Assembly: GCF_000150275.1 (NCBI RefSeq)
Contig: NW_002060949.1
Span: 1,857,836 to 1,921,835, forward strand
Length of the DNA: 64,000 nucleotides
From: Trichoplax adhaerens
Lineage: Eukaryota; Animalia; Placozoa
Reading direction: 5' to 3'
Notes under the pieces: model-generated
Seen by the model: the letters and a program-made list of their open reading frames with translations, nothing else
Database searches by the model: none
Told to the model about the DNA's origin: nothing
Shown: positions 14,257 to 28,148 of the stretch, piece after piece
How the letters are laid out: the number at the start of each line of letters is the position of its first letter
How positions within the stretch are numbered: position 1 is the stretch's first letter
Made by a program: the position numbers and the translations under genes

Positions 14257-17200
14257 ATGATCGACAACGACCATATTGAAATCTGTAATATCAATAATAA
14301 TCGTCTACTTTTTTTTATCTGTTTCTCTTTGATAATGATAACTCTAGCAATTGGTAATGTCGAAGGCGTTCTATTGCGAAGTTTATTTCTATCGCCTTCT
14401 GGAAGTATTCGTGTTAAGGATAAATCAACGTTAACACTAAACTGCACTACATCGTCGTATAATGGTACTACCAATGTGGAAAATATTCAATGGTTTAAAA
14501 TTGGCGATAATAATCAATCGTTATTGCAACCCTCTGGTCAACGTCGAGCCATAAGAGTAGGAGATCATGTTGTAGTCCAACTCCATTGGAATCGGATTAA
14601 TAGTACCGACAATGGCCGATATCGATGTCAATGGTCTCAATTTAGTCAAAATAATGATGTGACTGTAAACGTTGAAGGTAACTTAAAAAAAAAAAAAGAT
14701 TACTCAAATAAAGTTGCAGCCAATTTTTTTCCCCTTGATGTTATTCTACTTCTTTTTATATTTTAAAATCTATAGAGGTTGCTATCAATATTAATAGTAT
14801 ATAAAACATACAAATTATTACTATTACTGTATTAGAAGAGGAAAAAATCTTACTAACAAATTGTCCTTGCTAATGTAATTGCTTTCCAGTTGAAATATCT
14901 TACAGTACAGTATATGACTACCAACCAATTCGACTCTAGCTGATACAATATGATGTGTTGATTTTTCTACCTGTTATAAGCCCACTTCTTGGGAGGTGGG
15001 ATGGATCCACTTATGACCACTGACAGTAGTTTTTAACCGATAATGAATCATTTATTTTTTGTTCTTCTTTCTCTGCTGTTAATTTTTATAAATAGCAATA
15101 GGTACAACTTCTCGGTTTCACAGAGTATAAAAATCGATCAATTACAGTTTATAGTCAAAATTATCCTCTACTACTTTGACATGAAATTATTATGACACTA
15201 CAATGAACATAAAATAGGAGTTACCGTATAAGAATCCATGGACGCATTATCATACTGTACTGTACTTAAGTCGATACTTGCAGATACTACTGGATATGTT
15301 GTTGTAGACGATATCAAATCGATCGTTCAAAATGATGAATAATATATAAGTGGAAATGAAATAATTGTCAATTATAGCCGTTATCAAGTGTGATGATATT
15401 GTAGTTGCAATTGATATGTCATAGCCATTATTAAAATGCAATCAAAAATCAAGGTAGAATAGTGTAGATAAAATTGTTGCTATTCGAAAATCTTGACGTA
15501 CGTATAATAATATTATTTCAAATTGATGAAGCTTATTGATGTAATATTTTATATCATCGATACCATGAAATAGTTGCGTTTATCCAAATGTGAAATTGAC
15601 ATTATCTATAGAGCTTAATCGAAGAATTAACAATAATCTTACTTAATATTAATCTTCTAACATAGTACTATAGGGTATTGTACCAATAAGTTGAAAATAG
15701 ACGTATTGGTATATCATACTACCACAATAAATAAAAAATCCTAATCATTTAACTAAGATATAACATATATGGATAAAAAATAGACAAATTGTTGAAATAG
15801 AAATTGAAGGTAGTGTGTAATTAATAATAATATAATTAGGCTTATTGTAAAGGTTTGGATAATGCGCGAAAATATAATTTTAATGAGTCATCATCAGGCG
15901 TAAATGGTAGTGTCAAAAATAAATGAAAATAAAAAAATGATTCAAAATATTTCTTCAAAAGATAACGAATACTATACAGCTAAAGTAATAATATTATATG
16001 CTATCTGTTATAATACTTTGTATCATTGTTATCATATGTTCGAATGTTATTATTAGTTAAATTAATACTATTGAATAATACAGTATAATTAATATTCTAT
16101 ATGATTTAATTAGGCCCTCCAACATTAGCTATTACCTCAGTGAAAACGCTTTCTGGCTATGTTTATATGAGATGGAAACTTTATAACAGTGGTAATGCAC
16201 CTGTACTTTATCAAGTCTCCCGCACTATTGTCAATAACGGAATAGCATCAACTAATTTAATCATCGGATGTCTGAATACAACTACAAGCTATTGTAGAAC
16301 TATTGCTGTCGACTTCATTGTGGACTATTGCGTCCGAGCCGTCAGGAATCATGATATCGTAATAACGGCGTGTGTACTTCGATATAATGCTTTTGATGAA
16401 GGTATCAATAATTACAATAATTTTTCATTTTATTGAAATGACAGTATATAGAAAAACATTACTGATAATGGTCTTTCAATATTATATTAACTAGGACATG
16501 TATTCTTTTGCTAATAGATTTAGTCGTTAAGTATATACAAAAAATTGATATAAACAAGCTTAACTTTGTCTACTATCCCTTTCCTACTATAATATTTATA
16601 CATGTAGACTGTCATTAGATAATAAAAACTTAGTAATTGAAGTAGTCGGCAAAGCTACAAGTAATTAATACAATTTCATTTTTATTTATGACCTTTAATA
16701 TTATTACTCCGTTTTTCATTTCGTTTTTTGTATACAATATGGTATTGATAGCTATTGCATTTCAATGTATTGCCTAATATATTTCTCCTGTTCAACTGAG
16801 TATTACTAACAGTTCTGATAATTTTTACAAAAGTGCTACAAATTATAGCTAAGAAATAGGATTCATTTTAAATTAATATCAAGTAATGTTGACGCTCTTA
16901 TCCTATACTTTACATTTACAGACTCTACCTATTCAAAACTCTGTAAAGATATTATGTGCTAATAGAAAGCATCGCCATTGCATTCATTAAAATTTATACA
17001 TTTCTATATTGAAATTCAGTAATTACCAATTATAGCTAGTATTTCTAGTACGATTGTAACGATAATAGAATACACGTACGTATAATATCAACGATTCGTT
17101 AGGTTAACCAATAGCAATGGGGTAATTTTTGAATAAGATATACCAGGAGATAAGAAAATGTGTATACTTATAACACTATTAGCTATAATTATGTTTTTTT

Positions 17201-20134
17201 ATACACTTTACGAGCATAGTTAAGTAGGCTCGTAATTAGCAAGTTCGTATGTTCAGTTTATTGATGGATATAAATAAGAGATGCTAAATTTTATTCAATA
17301 GCAACATCTTAACTAAAGGTCTTATTAATTCTTCTTATACTGATTAGTTGTACCATCCCCACCGATCAACTTACATGTTATTAAGGATAAAGGCCCTTAC
17401 TTGAATTTAACATGGGCAACAGCACAAGATTATGCTATTTATTATGACAGAATTGTCAATCATATTCGTCTCTGCTATGATGTACGATTTCCAATCCATG
17501 GGAACCCAACGGTAAATTCATTATGACATCAATAAGTTTAATCAGTGAATTTACTCTTACTGTACACTACCTTTGTCTTATTATTTTATTTATTAATATT
17601 ATTTTAAACTAAGAAATGTACGTACCTTTATCTGAATACTTCTACTATTATCTCTATATTATGTATTTCTAGTATTTTCAGGGATAGTTGATATAGTACG
17701 CCTTTTATGATACTAAATAATAATCTAGTTATAATTAGAAACGAAAATCTATTACAGTTGAATTGGAGTTGCCTTAATGATCCAATTATAAGATTTAATT
17801 AGGTGTATTGTTATTATCGTAATTTATATTACCTTATATGTCTTGCATTATTATCAGTAAAAACAGAATTTGGAATTATGAATTAATTTATTGCGCTCCA
17901 CGTGATTTAATTTCGTTACAAAAACAACTACCTATTTTTAAATGGTTGTATAAATAATTTCATTACTTCAAAAATTATTGAGATATCTAACAGAAGAGAT
18001 CTAATATTGGTATATATTTTTTTCAGTGCCTTGATTTGAATAAACATCGCAAGGCATACTCATTTAATAATAATTTATTACAATATGGCTATCTCTATGA
18101 GTTCTACCTAAGGACTGTTGCCAAAAATAACAAGCAAAGCGCACCATCGTCTAAAATATATACCAACTACTACGAATCTAGTAAGTGTTATTGTTTATAA
18201 TATATGATTATTTCAATAACTATGGTACTACATTATCCAATTAGGCACAGTAGAATACATTTCTAGGTAGTGATATAGATGCAAGCTAAAGTATTAAATT
18301 ACAGTGCTCACAACATCAATTTTATACTTAATGTAGTTGCTAAAATATTATACACCAGTAGAGATATTATGCGTATTTTTATACATTGTTATTTATACCA
18401 GAACATCTAAATTATATTCATCTTTTTATTGTAGCTCCAACAGGAAGTCCAGAGAAATTTATGTGCAATTGTAAACAACCCAGTTTTCTAAAATTGAAAC
18501 GAAATTGTTCGTTCACATGGGAGGTAATACACATATACAATGTCTACATTTATGACATATATTCACTGCTGTTGAATTCATTCACAGCTAATCTCGTAGG
18601 CTGTAGCTAATAATTGTAAATCATTGCACTGTATAATAACAATATTTATAGAATACTGTATTGTATTTTGTGGACACGATTAATTAATCAAATGTATAAG
18701 TATAGCTTCATTTTGCGTAATCGATAATTGTAATTGATTTATTTCTATATTTTAGTATCCACTTCAACGAAGAAATGGTAATTTAACTCATGCCTACATC
18801 AATTTAGTACCATTTAATAATCCTGAAGGAATTGAATATCGTTGTATCGATGGTAATAAATTTCAAGCTGAATTCATACTTTGGACTAATACTTCATACA
18901 ATGGCAGTATTGTTGTATCTAACTCTATCGGCAATAGCTCAAAAGCGCATTGCATGATCGACCTAGCCTACAAGCCGATAACAGGTTTGAAAGATTGCAT
19001 TTATATATAGCTTACAATCGATAAAATTAATACAGGATGAATGCAAATAATATTATATAACTTATACAGTATCTACATATCGTAGATCGCATACATAATG
19101 AATTAACGTAATAGATATATATATATATATATATATTTTGAATTACTAGTGATACCCATGACAACCGATTTTGTTCCGTATACGTCATCCTATTCACCAG
19201 CTGATCAAGGATCACCACTTATGGTTATTACAACATGTGTTTTATCAGTATGCCTATCGCTACTTTTGCTCATGCTTTCGATTGTGCTGTGGAGATATTA
19301 TTCATCAAGGTAAAAACTATATTACTATAAGACATTCTAATATTCTTTTAATTGTGTTGCTTTTACGCTAAGAGATAGTACTATTATAGTATTTACTAAT
19401 TCCCATTAGATATAATTCTACTGTATATTTATTTACGTTTATTTTCGTATATAACATAAATGAATTTCTAAATTATTTTATCAATAGAAGAAGGAAGAAA
19501 ACAGTCACAGAATCATCTCAGAATACGGTAAGAAAATACTACCGATACCATGCTATCTAGTAATAACATTATCAATATTTTTTACTAGTTATTATACAGA
19601 GAAATGATCTAATTATGGTAATTAATTCTTATAACATATTAAGTCATTCCTCTTTTTTAATATTAGCATGTTCAAAGCCGTCCATTACCTCCCCTTCCTT
19701 CAAATTATGATTACGTAGATGTCAAAGATATCTTAAAGACCGATTATACCGAATGGACTGATATGCACGATCAGGACACTTTCTTACATGATTTCCCTAT
19801 TACTGATGATAAGTTACCTGACGTTAATATTTTACAAAGTGTCAAGAACAAGACTATAATTAAAGAACCTCAAAATGATATTGAAGTCATTAATAATCAA
19901 GTTGCTTGCATCGACAACGACTATAATACTAAGAAAGTTTACGATTTATCACCAGAATGTAAAAAAGAAGGATCATTTAGTACTTCACCTGGAGGCGGTA
20001 TATCATTAGGTTATTCAAGTTGTAGATTTGAAATCAAAGTAGCATCAGAAGAGCTGACATCATCATCTTCTTCTGGAGAATATATGCAGGTAACTCTACC
20101 CCCGTTACGAAATGAAAACGGTACTTTGGAGTAA
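14257..20134 (+). CDS. Orphan single-pass receptor: signal peptide, Ig domain, 3 FN3 domains, TM, ~170-aa non-catalytic Tyr-motif tail (~670 aa)
   Basis: Phase-consistent GT-AG exons: 14257-14677, 16114-16401, 17348-17511, 18027-18180, 18435-18523, 18756-18984, 19150-19309, 19488-19527, 19667-20134 (2013 nt in total). Ig signature LTLNC..IQWFK..DNGRYRC. FN3 signatures PSPPINL..LNLTW..YEFYLRT and P..RRNG.L. TM MVITTCVLSVCLSLLLLMLSIVLW followed by RRRKK. An alternative in-frame ATG lies at 14233. Confidence 0.85.
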
Positions 20135-21910
20135 GTTATTATCGTTTATAAGGCAAGGGAAAATTATATCTTGTACATGCTTATTCTTAATAAAGTGACA
20201 GAAAAACAAGGCCAGTTATCATTACTAATTCCTTAGCCAGATTACTATTGAGCACTTCTGGCAGTAATTATTGTTGTTACTACTATGGAATAGAGATTTT
20301 TTATATAAATTTTATGGCTATCCACAGCTTACTTTAGTTAAGCTATGATAAAAATTTTATAGCACGAATTAAATAATATTGTGCTGGAGAAGAGAAACTT
20401 TGTAAAATATAACTAAGATGCAGCCATAAAATAGATAACACATAGATATGTAATATGCATACTCTATGCAATACGGTTATAGTGTTGCGTATGCAACTTT
20501 GATTTACTATCATAAACTAATCTATTTTATCTCTATAATTGCGTTATTATTTTAAGATAATGATATTGTGGTAACGATTATTGTTGCCTGGTTCAGATTT
20601 TTAAATCAGTAACATAGCATTTGTTAAATAATTATACTTGATTTTAGTTCACCTTCAGTTGCAGCCATAACGATGGCCGTGTATATCAGTAATATTCGTT
20701 TGATCAAATCTAGCCATTCATTTTGCGGGTGTGATTAACTTTCTTGTTCAGTCGATTTGATTTGGCCGATACGATTTTAGTATTATAATGCATACTGTAT
20801 AAAGATAGTAAAATACAGACGTAGAAAATGAAATGGTAATTAATTTTATGTCACTTAAATATTCCATATATACACAGTATATTCTATTCCTTTCTATAAT
20901 ATATATATATATCTATATATGTATATGCATATGTATAATGCATTTTGAGTCTATAAGACTTCCAGATGCATTACATGAATTTAAGTTTGTAACCTTTATA
21001 ACTTTTCCAATATTACTATCAGAATGATCTTATTTCAGTTGACGCCATCAATACTTCTCGTTCTATTGAATTAATATCAATGTAGTTGGCAAGAGAACAG
21101 CTCTCATTTTTATCAGATTTAACATTATCCATTAGATTATTTATTGTATTATTGTAATTATTATCATTATTAACGTAATATTATAGTATTATAATCACCG
21201 CCGGAAAAACAAATTTCAAGTATTAGATTAGATTAGAGTCATCACAAATTTTCTCTCTTCTCGAATTCATGGGCTTTGTTAATTAAACTAAAAAAGCAGT
21301 TGTATTCTCTATTGTGAGTAATATTGTTATTGAAATATATCTTTTTAATGTGATATACGAATGTTTTAAGAGATATTATTGTAGATGGCTGTCAAAGTAA
21401 TTATCTTCCTTAATTAAAGATGAATCTCACATACGCTCTATTTACTCGTACAGAGTATAGTCTACAGTACTGATGTACTGATATTACTGATATTAGATGT
21501 AGTTAGCTCGATTCATATCATAAACCATAATCGTAATATTGTATTATTATTTATGTTAAGGAAGACATTCATATAAAATTGCTAAGCAAACGGATCTAAC
21601 GATTTCATCCTTGCAGCACAGTTTTTTTTATTGATCCACTTATATTGTGTGTTTGGCGATTCTTATTATTAAATTTTAATTTTATAAATATGGTGTTTCA
21701 CACTGTATATGTAAATTTATAAACCCTTAAGAACACATTGTCCAATATGATATTGTCTACTCGTTATAATTATCACTATAATTATGATCGTTTGTAGGCA
21801 AAAATAAATCAGTTCCGTGAAATTTTTGGCCTGTAACAATTGATTTACAGGAAAAAAAAATTACCCTCAGCAATTCCCATTCCTTTTATTGTTATAATAA
21901 GAGAGGACTA

Positions 21911-23490
21911 CCGTTTCTGTGTAATGAGCACAACTGGATTACGCAACAAAGCAGTTAAGATGTCTACCATCTTTAACGTCTTTAAAATGTGTGGACGGCT
22001 TATAAGATCCAATTTACGTATTTCAGAAGACAATTGCATTCCTCTAAAAGTATCTTGCATGGTTGTTTCGATTACATTATTTGCACATACTGTATAGTAT
22101 GAGTACAATGCTGTCTGTAAGCGAAAAGTAAAATATGGTGGGGTGTCTAAATTTCTTGTTACTCATTAATTATTAATAGCAGTTAGCTGAGTATATCATC
22201 TAGTTTATTTTTGGGGATTTCGCTCGAAATTGTTACGTATAATTACTGAGAATACCCTATGAAGTTTCTTAGCAGTAATTGAAAACACAGAAGAAGTGCA
22301 TGGATTTAGCTGGTAACGCTGTGACTGAGAACCAAAGCTAGTGGTGTAACGAGCCGCATGCGATTCTATATTATCTCAGTTGAATTAACTATGAAGAAAA
22401 AAATGTCATGCAGTAAATTTGATTTATCAATTGCGGTAGTACCTATCAGAGCAACTGTAGATGCAGTATATACTCGTATTCTACGTAAAACAATTATTTA
22501 CAATGATAATGTCGACTGTTATATTTCCTGCTGCTTTCTTTCCATGCAGTGCAATTAGTATCCGTTAATTTATTTGCGTGTGAAGTGATCGGGTTCTATG
22601 CTAGTAATTTATATAGTTAAATGAGTCTAGTATACTGTACAGCTTTTCAATTATTTATTGACCGTATACTTCAGTAGGAAGAAGAAAACTCATGTCAGTT
22701 TTACGGTGTACTACCTTGGCTTTTACTGCAGACTCAGACAAGATGATCGATCGAAGGGAGTACAAGGTTAAAAGTGTGAGAGAGGTTGATTGATTTAGCA
22801 AGACATTGTTGTGTATGGAAGATAGTATCTATTTACCCCTCGTTAACGACTAAGAAGCGAACACAACGGACATAACCCGATTACATGATACTGCACAATT
22901 TTATGAAGATTGCGGATGAGAAAAGCATAAGCATGATCGTACACTTTTACACTGTGTATAGAATAGACTAATTAATAGTACCTCAAGATCGCTACTGAGT
23001 TTTGAATGAGCAGTCGTAAATTTCGTAGCTTATTGCAATTCCAGGGACTTACTAAACAAAAATTGTACCCTCTTGTCATCATCAAGTTTCTTCTGTTCCC
23101 AAAAGAGAAGAACGGACATCAAACAAGGCCTATAGTCCAAATAATTGGGAGGCTGATCGGTTGTAAGTACTTTGCGCTAAACATTTTAAACAGCCGATTT
23201 TACAAATTGGCAGAATAGCCAGTATTCTGTTGCAATTATTGATTGTTCTCCATTAAAGTTAGTATGCTTGAAATTGTCAACACTATTCTGTATGAAACGA
23301 CAGTAAAACCAACAACTATGAGAGGAAAAGAGAGGGACAGATCCCAGGGATCATATGTAATACGCGTCTATGGCCATCAAAAAAAATTTTCCAAAACAGA
23401 TAATAATAATATCCCCTTACACAGAGTAGCTAATTATCCGCAAAATAAGCTCTCCGTTCCAAGGCTTTTTATCTATCTTAGAGTAGCAAA
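21911..23490 (-). other. Possible unannotated multi-exon gene or pseudogene of unknown product, divergent from NSMCE1
   Basis: Several AG..GT-bounded open segments: ~22715-22828 ILSSIHNNVLLNQSTSLTLLTLYSLRSIILSESAVKAK, ~21911-22114 TALYSYYTVCANN..LITQK, ~22256-22380 NIESHAARYTTSFG... A fully consistent model could not be built. Confidence 0.3.
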
Positions 23491-23689
23491 CTATGGGCAA
23501 AAGGGGCCCGAAATTTCCCCCAGTGAGTATACGTAAGATATAAAACGAGTTGCTAGATTGGCTTTGCAAAGTACAATATCTGAATGACTATATACACTTT
23601 CCGTGTTACCATATAGTAGTAGAATGATCGAAAAAATGATACGCTGCTAGTGGATCTGTTCAAGGTTCATTACTGAATCAATTCAATCT

Positions 23690-24365
23690 ACTTCGACTAC
23701 ATCTTTTGGATGAGTTTTAGTTCAAGGAATACTGAACTCGTTCCAAGTAGTTGTCTTTAAAGTAAGATTTTACGCAAAGCTTTGAAGACATCTAGTTGGA
23801 CTACTGTCTTCTGGATGTGTTTTAGTTCAAAGTAGGATATTGTGCAAAACTTTGCAGACATCTAGTTGGACTACTGTCTTCTGGATGCGTTTTAGTTCAA
23901 AGTAGGATATTGTGCAAAACTTTGCAGACATCTAGTTGGACTGCTGTCTTCTGGATGAGTTTTAGTTCAAGGAATACTGAACTCGTTCCAAGTAGTTGTC
24001 TTTAAAGTAAGATATTGCGCAAAGCTTTGAAGACATCTAGTTGGACTACTGTTTTCTGGATGAGTTTTGGTTCAAAATAGGATATTGTGCAAAACTTTGC
24101 AGACATCTAGTTGGACTGTGTTGGACTACTGTCTTCTGGATGAGTTTTAGTTCAAGTAGGATATTGTGCAAAACTTTGCAGATATCTAGTTGGACTCTGT
24201 TGGACTACTGTCTTGTGGATGCGTTTTAGTTCAAGTAGGATATTGTGCAAAACTTTGCAGACATCTAGTTGAACTACTGTCTTCTGGATGAATTTTAGTT
24301 CAAGGAATACTGAACTCGTTGCAAGTTGTTGTCCGATATTGCAAAGTAGTAGTTGTAGGATATTG
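23690..24365. repeat. Compound tandem repeat (~60-70-bp core plus a longer variant unit)
   Basis: The core gacatctagttggactactgtcttctggatg.gttttagttcaa(a)gtaggatattgtgcaaaactttgca occurs ~8 times. A variant carrying ggaatactgaactcgttccaagtagttgtc occurs at ~23725, 23970 and 24303. Confidence 0.92.
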
Positions 24366-24606
24366 CTCAAACACGCAATTTACTGTATGATTTCAGTGGT
24401 AGCATATTGTACGATATATAAGAGAATGAGGAGAGAAAGGTTAGGCTACGAGTGGTATAGCACGACCAGGCTGGCTGTAGCATGCGCAGAATGCAGCCAT
24501 CCAGTAGCAAAAGCACCAAGGTGCAGAGGTAGGAGTTCCTCGAGCTTGGCTTGCAAACAAATGCAAATACGACAGTGGTTGAGCATTTCTGTCATCAATT
24601 GCAAAG

Positions 24607-27009
24607 ATGGTCAACCGGAAATTATTACAGCTATCACTGCAATCTTTAATGGCTCATGGTTGCTTGGAGGAAAAAGAAACCAAAGCTTTAATCCAGAAAT
24701 GCTGCCAATCTTGCGAAGGTATGACTTCCAGTGGTTGGAGAGGCGTATATAGGGTTAAGGGACATGATGCAACTTGTTGTTAATCTTCCCACTCCATTTT
24801 TCTGTATTGTCTATGCTATCGATTCTAGTTAGTAGAATTAAAATGGTCGTTTTTCTTGATTAGTTTTTTCCCCTCTATCATACCAGTACTATTGCATAAT
24901 GTAAGTCGAGCGCAGTAAACGATAATTTGCGACTACCTCCAGTCTTGTAAAGGTGTCAACTGTCGTCTTTGCAACTGCAGAATTTGCGCGCCATAACCAC
25001 AACAAGCTTGCGAAACTAGACATAGATACATCGTACTAGTGAAACTGTAGCAATAGAATGTCACCATTCTAGTTCAAGTTTTAGCGTAAATAATATGTGT
25101 AATACAGGCTACAGAGTGATTGATTCGGTATAATATGGTGGGTGAACTTCAATTAGTCTAACAAATAGCACTCCAAATGGAATGGTAATGCATACATACC
25201 TGTAATTGCTTCAAGTATGAAGGCTAATAAAGCTATACTGTAAATACGTTACTGAAAACTAAGTCCTGCTACTTTTCGTAGACGATACAGACTCGAGAAA
25301 GTGGAAACTTGCGCCCCTTATCCTAGATATTGTAGAAAGATGAAAGTTCTTCACCTATTTTTCTTTATGTACAGTACTGTACTACTTTGCGTTGCTCGGT
25401 CATGCGAACACATCGATCGTGAGCAAGACTTACTGTACAAGTCGATATTACTATTTAAAATAGTTAAAATACACTATCTACTGTATATTACAGAAAATTT
25501 CTCCAATGATATATTCCGATCGATTATTAAAGAAATTAATACTCGGATTAAAAAATTCTCATTCGAAATCCGCCATGGAGCCTGTGAAGATGACGATGGC
25601 CAAGTGTACTATTGCTATGTAAGTTCGTGTAAACAAACTAATGCTATTGACTGCCTCTAGTTATATCAAATACTATCATTGTAACACGCGTGAAACTTTC
25701 AGAATATATGTCTGCGACATACTGACTCTAAAGAGATATCATTAGGTGAATACGAAAGAGGATAACCATGCCAAGTTAGCAACTTTCTACTCTGTTAACG
25801 AACTTGTCTTCTTCAACTCTATTGTAAGTTTGCAGAACGTGAGATTAATTTTTCATGCCAATCTTATTGCAATACATGTGATCTCTTCCTTTTCATCAAT
25901 GTAGCTTTTAATCGACGACGTAGATATCACAATACAGAGTATTACACATGATAGTTATACAATTGTGCAGATATCCAGCTTTACTTTCTGTCACATGTAT
26001 TTAGTTAGAGCAAGTGGTAGCCTCACCCGACGGACTTGTAATTGAAAATACTATTCTGCAAGCTAGGGAACAATTTACTGCACGTGCTGCTCAGGTTGGT
26101 TAAAAAAATGTTCTCTATACAAGAGTGTATGTGATATCGTTATACTACGCATTGACTAAATATATTTAATGCTCTCCAGCTAGACTATCTAAATCTTAAT
26201 CATGTTGATTATATTATTCTACAGCGCTCGCTCGCTCGCTCGCTTTCTCACCTTGTCAAAGTAATGGTGTTATTAGTGCGTTGAGGCAAAAATAGATCAG
26301 TTCAGAACTTAAGTTGTAACGGATTGCTTGCTGACATATTAGCTTTCCTAAATTTATATTTTTATCTACAGTAGAATTATTTACTTCATCAATAACCTTG
26401 GCAACCTTAAATAGAAACCGTTTGATAACCTTAACTGTTGCCTAAATTTTATGACCACCACTTCTAAGGAAGACTTCATTAACACTATAGGAATTTCTTG
26501 ATCGACTAGTATGTGATAAATGGTTATCACGAACTGAAGATAAAGAATATCACCTGGGTCCACGCTCTTTACTTGATCTTCTGCCATTCCTTCAAAATAG
26601 AATCAATTCAATTTGTTCTATTTGTTCATCTTTAGCCATACGAGTAAGAAATATCGATGTTCATTGAAAGAATTTATTACATAGTAGTTTACAGTATGGT
26701 CTACGCTACATATCTAATATAACTTTATATAAAATCGACAATTTCAGGCCCAACAATGCCCAAGCTGTCTAAGTAAAGCCCACGTTCATTGCTTATCAAG
26801 ATTTGCCAGTGGCAGGTTAGTTAAAACTTATTTTACAAAGCACTACAGCATACGCAATTCTAACATAACCTGTCCTGGTTATTTCTTACATTGCATGACT
26901 TGAAGATATTTTCGGACTAACTTAATATGCGTAATTCTTGTTTGTTTTCAGGAATTTTATTAAATGTCCACATTGTGATGAAGATTGGAAATGGAAGGAT
27001 TGTGATTAA
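24607..27009 (+). CDS. NSMCE1: Non-SMC element 1 of the SMC5/6 complex (winged-helix plus RING-like), 227 aa
   Basis: Exons 24607-24718, 25494-25618, 25746-25823, 26005-26094, 26491-26643, 26748-26815, 26952-27009 splice in frame (684 nt). Translation includes LQSLMAHGCLEE..EIRHGACEDDDGQVYY..KLATFYSVNEL..KWLS..YHLGPRSLLDL..CSIC..CPSC..HVHC..KCPHCDEDW, matching the recalled Nse1 motif order and C4HC3 RING. Confidence 0.9.
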
Positions 27010-28148
27010 ATATTATTGGATAGCAATTTGTTTCAGATGTCCATCACTAATTCCGTTATAAATCTTACCAAATTTTTGGCGAAAATGTCGATATAGAATA
27101 CCTCTGTAACCCTATCTTACTGCTCCGATTTGTTATTTGCAGCTGTTGCATACTGTTCTGTAACAGATATATGCATACAAGCCTATTACTGTAATATACG
27201 ACGTCATGTACTATTTATGTACAACAGTTTACATTGTGGTATTGACTGGCATTCTGTTTATAATTTTTTCATGACTTTTAATAGTGCAATAAAGTATTCC
27301 TTTTCAATTGTTTTCCTAAAGTTTTACAAGATTACATTTTTTATTTTATTCATTTAATATTCAACCTACAGGAGACTTAATATAACCCGTGATAGCGATC
27401 GTTTGGCATGACTTATTATTAATACAATATTAAAAATAAAATTGTCTAAATTACTAAAGGTTAGCCAAATGATGATAGTTATTTTCAATTACGTCAATTA
27501 TAAGAAAAGATGTATATTCGCGCTTACATTTCGGAGTTACAAATAATTTCATCCTATACGTAGACAAAAATTGTTACATAGCATATGGTAATGCAATATC
27601 TGCAGCCTGATATCAGCTAATAGCTAATAAATTAACTTGGTATTACGGAAAATCAATTACAATAACGCTTATAATTGCTCGCATCGCTATCTATACTGTT
27701 AAAAGAAATCCCAAATCCAATTACAAAATAAGTCTCATCAAGATATAAATCTATTATAAATCACTACCATATAAGAATTTCGGTCAATGTAGTATAAACG
27801 GATACTCAGTAGTTCAATGTACTACCTTTCTGTACAATTTCAGCCTTTAACTGCTGTTAAATACTTGCATTGATTAACAATTTGCAATAGTATATCTAAC
27901 ATTCTTGTGGAAATGGCAACTTAGTGTCATTATACATACGATGATTTAATTTGCGTCTTATTCATAGAGTGTTATACAGGGATATAGAACTATTGCTCGA
28001 AGCTATAAAGAATCTTACAAAATGTACCATACTCGCAGATGATACTTTTATAGAAAGAAATATACTGTACATAAACTGCACCGTTCTGACGCATACTAAC
28101 ATAGATAGCGTTTGAAACATAATATAATTATATACAGACGCTTTCGTA

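Noticed and set aside
23690-24365. CRISPR-like array
   Set aside because: There are no unique spacers, the whole unit repeats, the context is eukaryotic and no cas genes are present.
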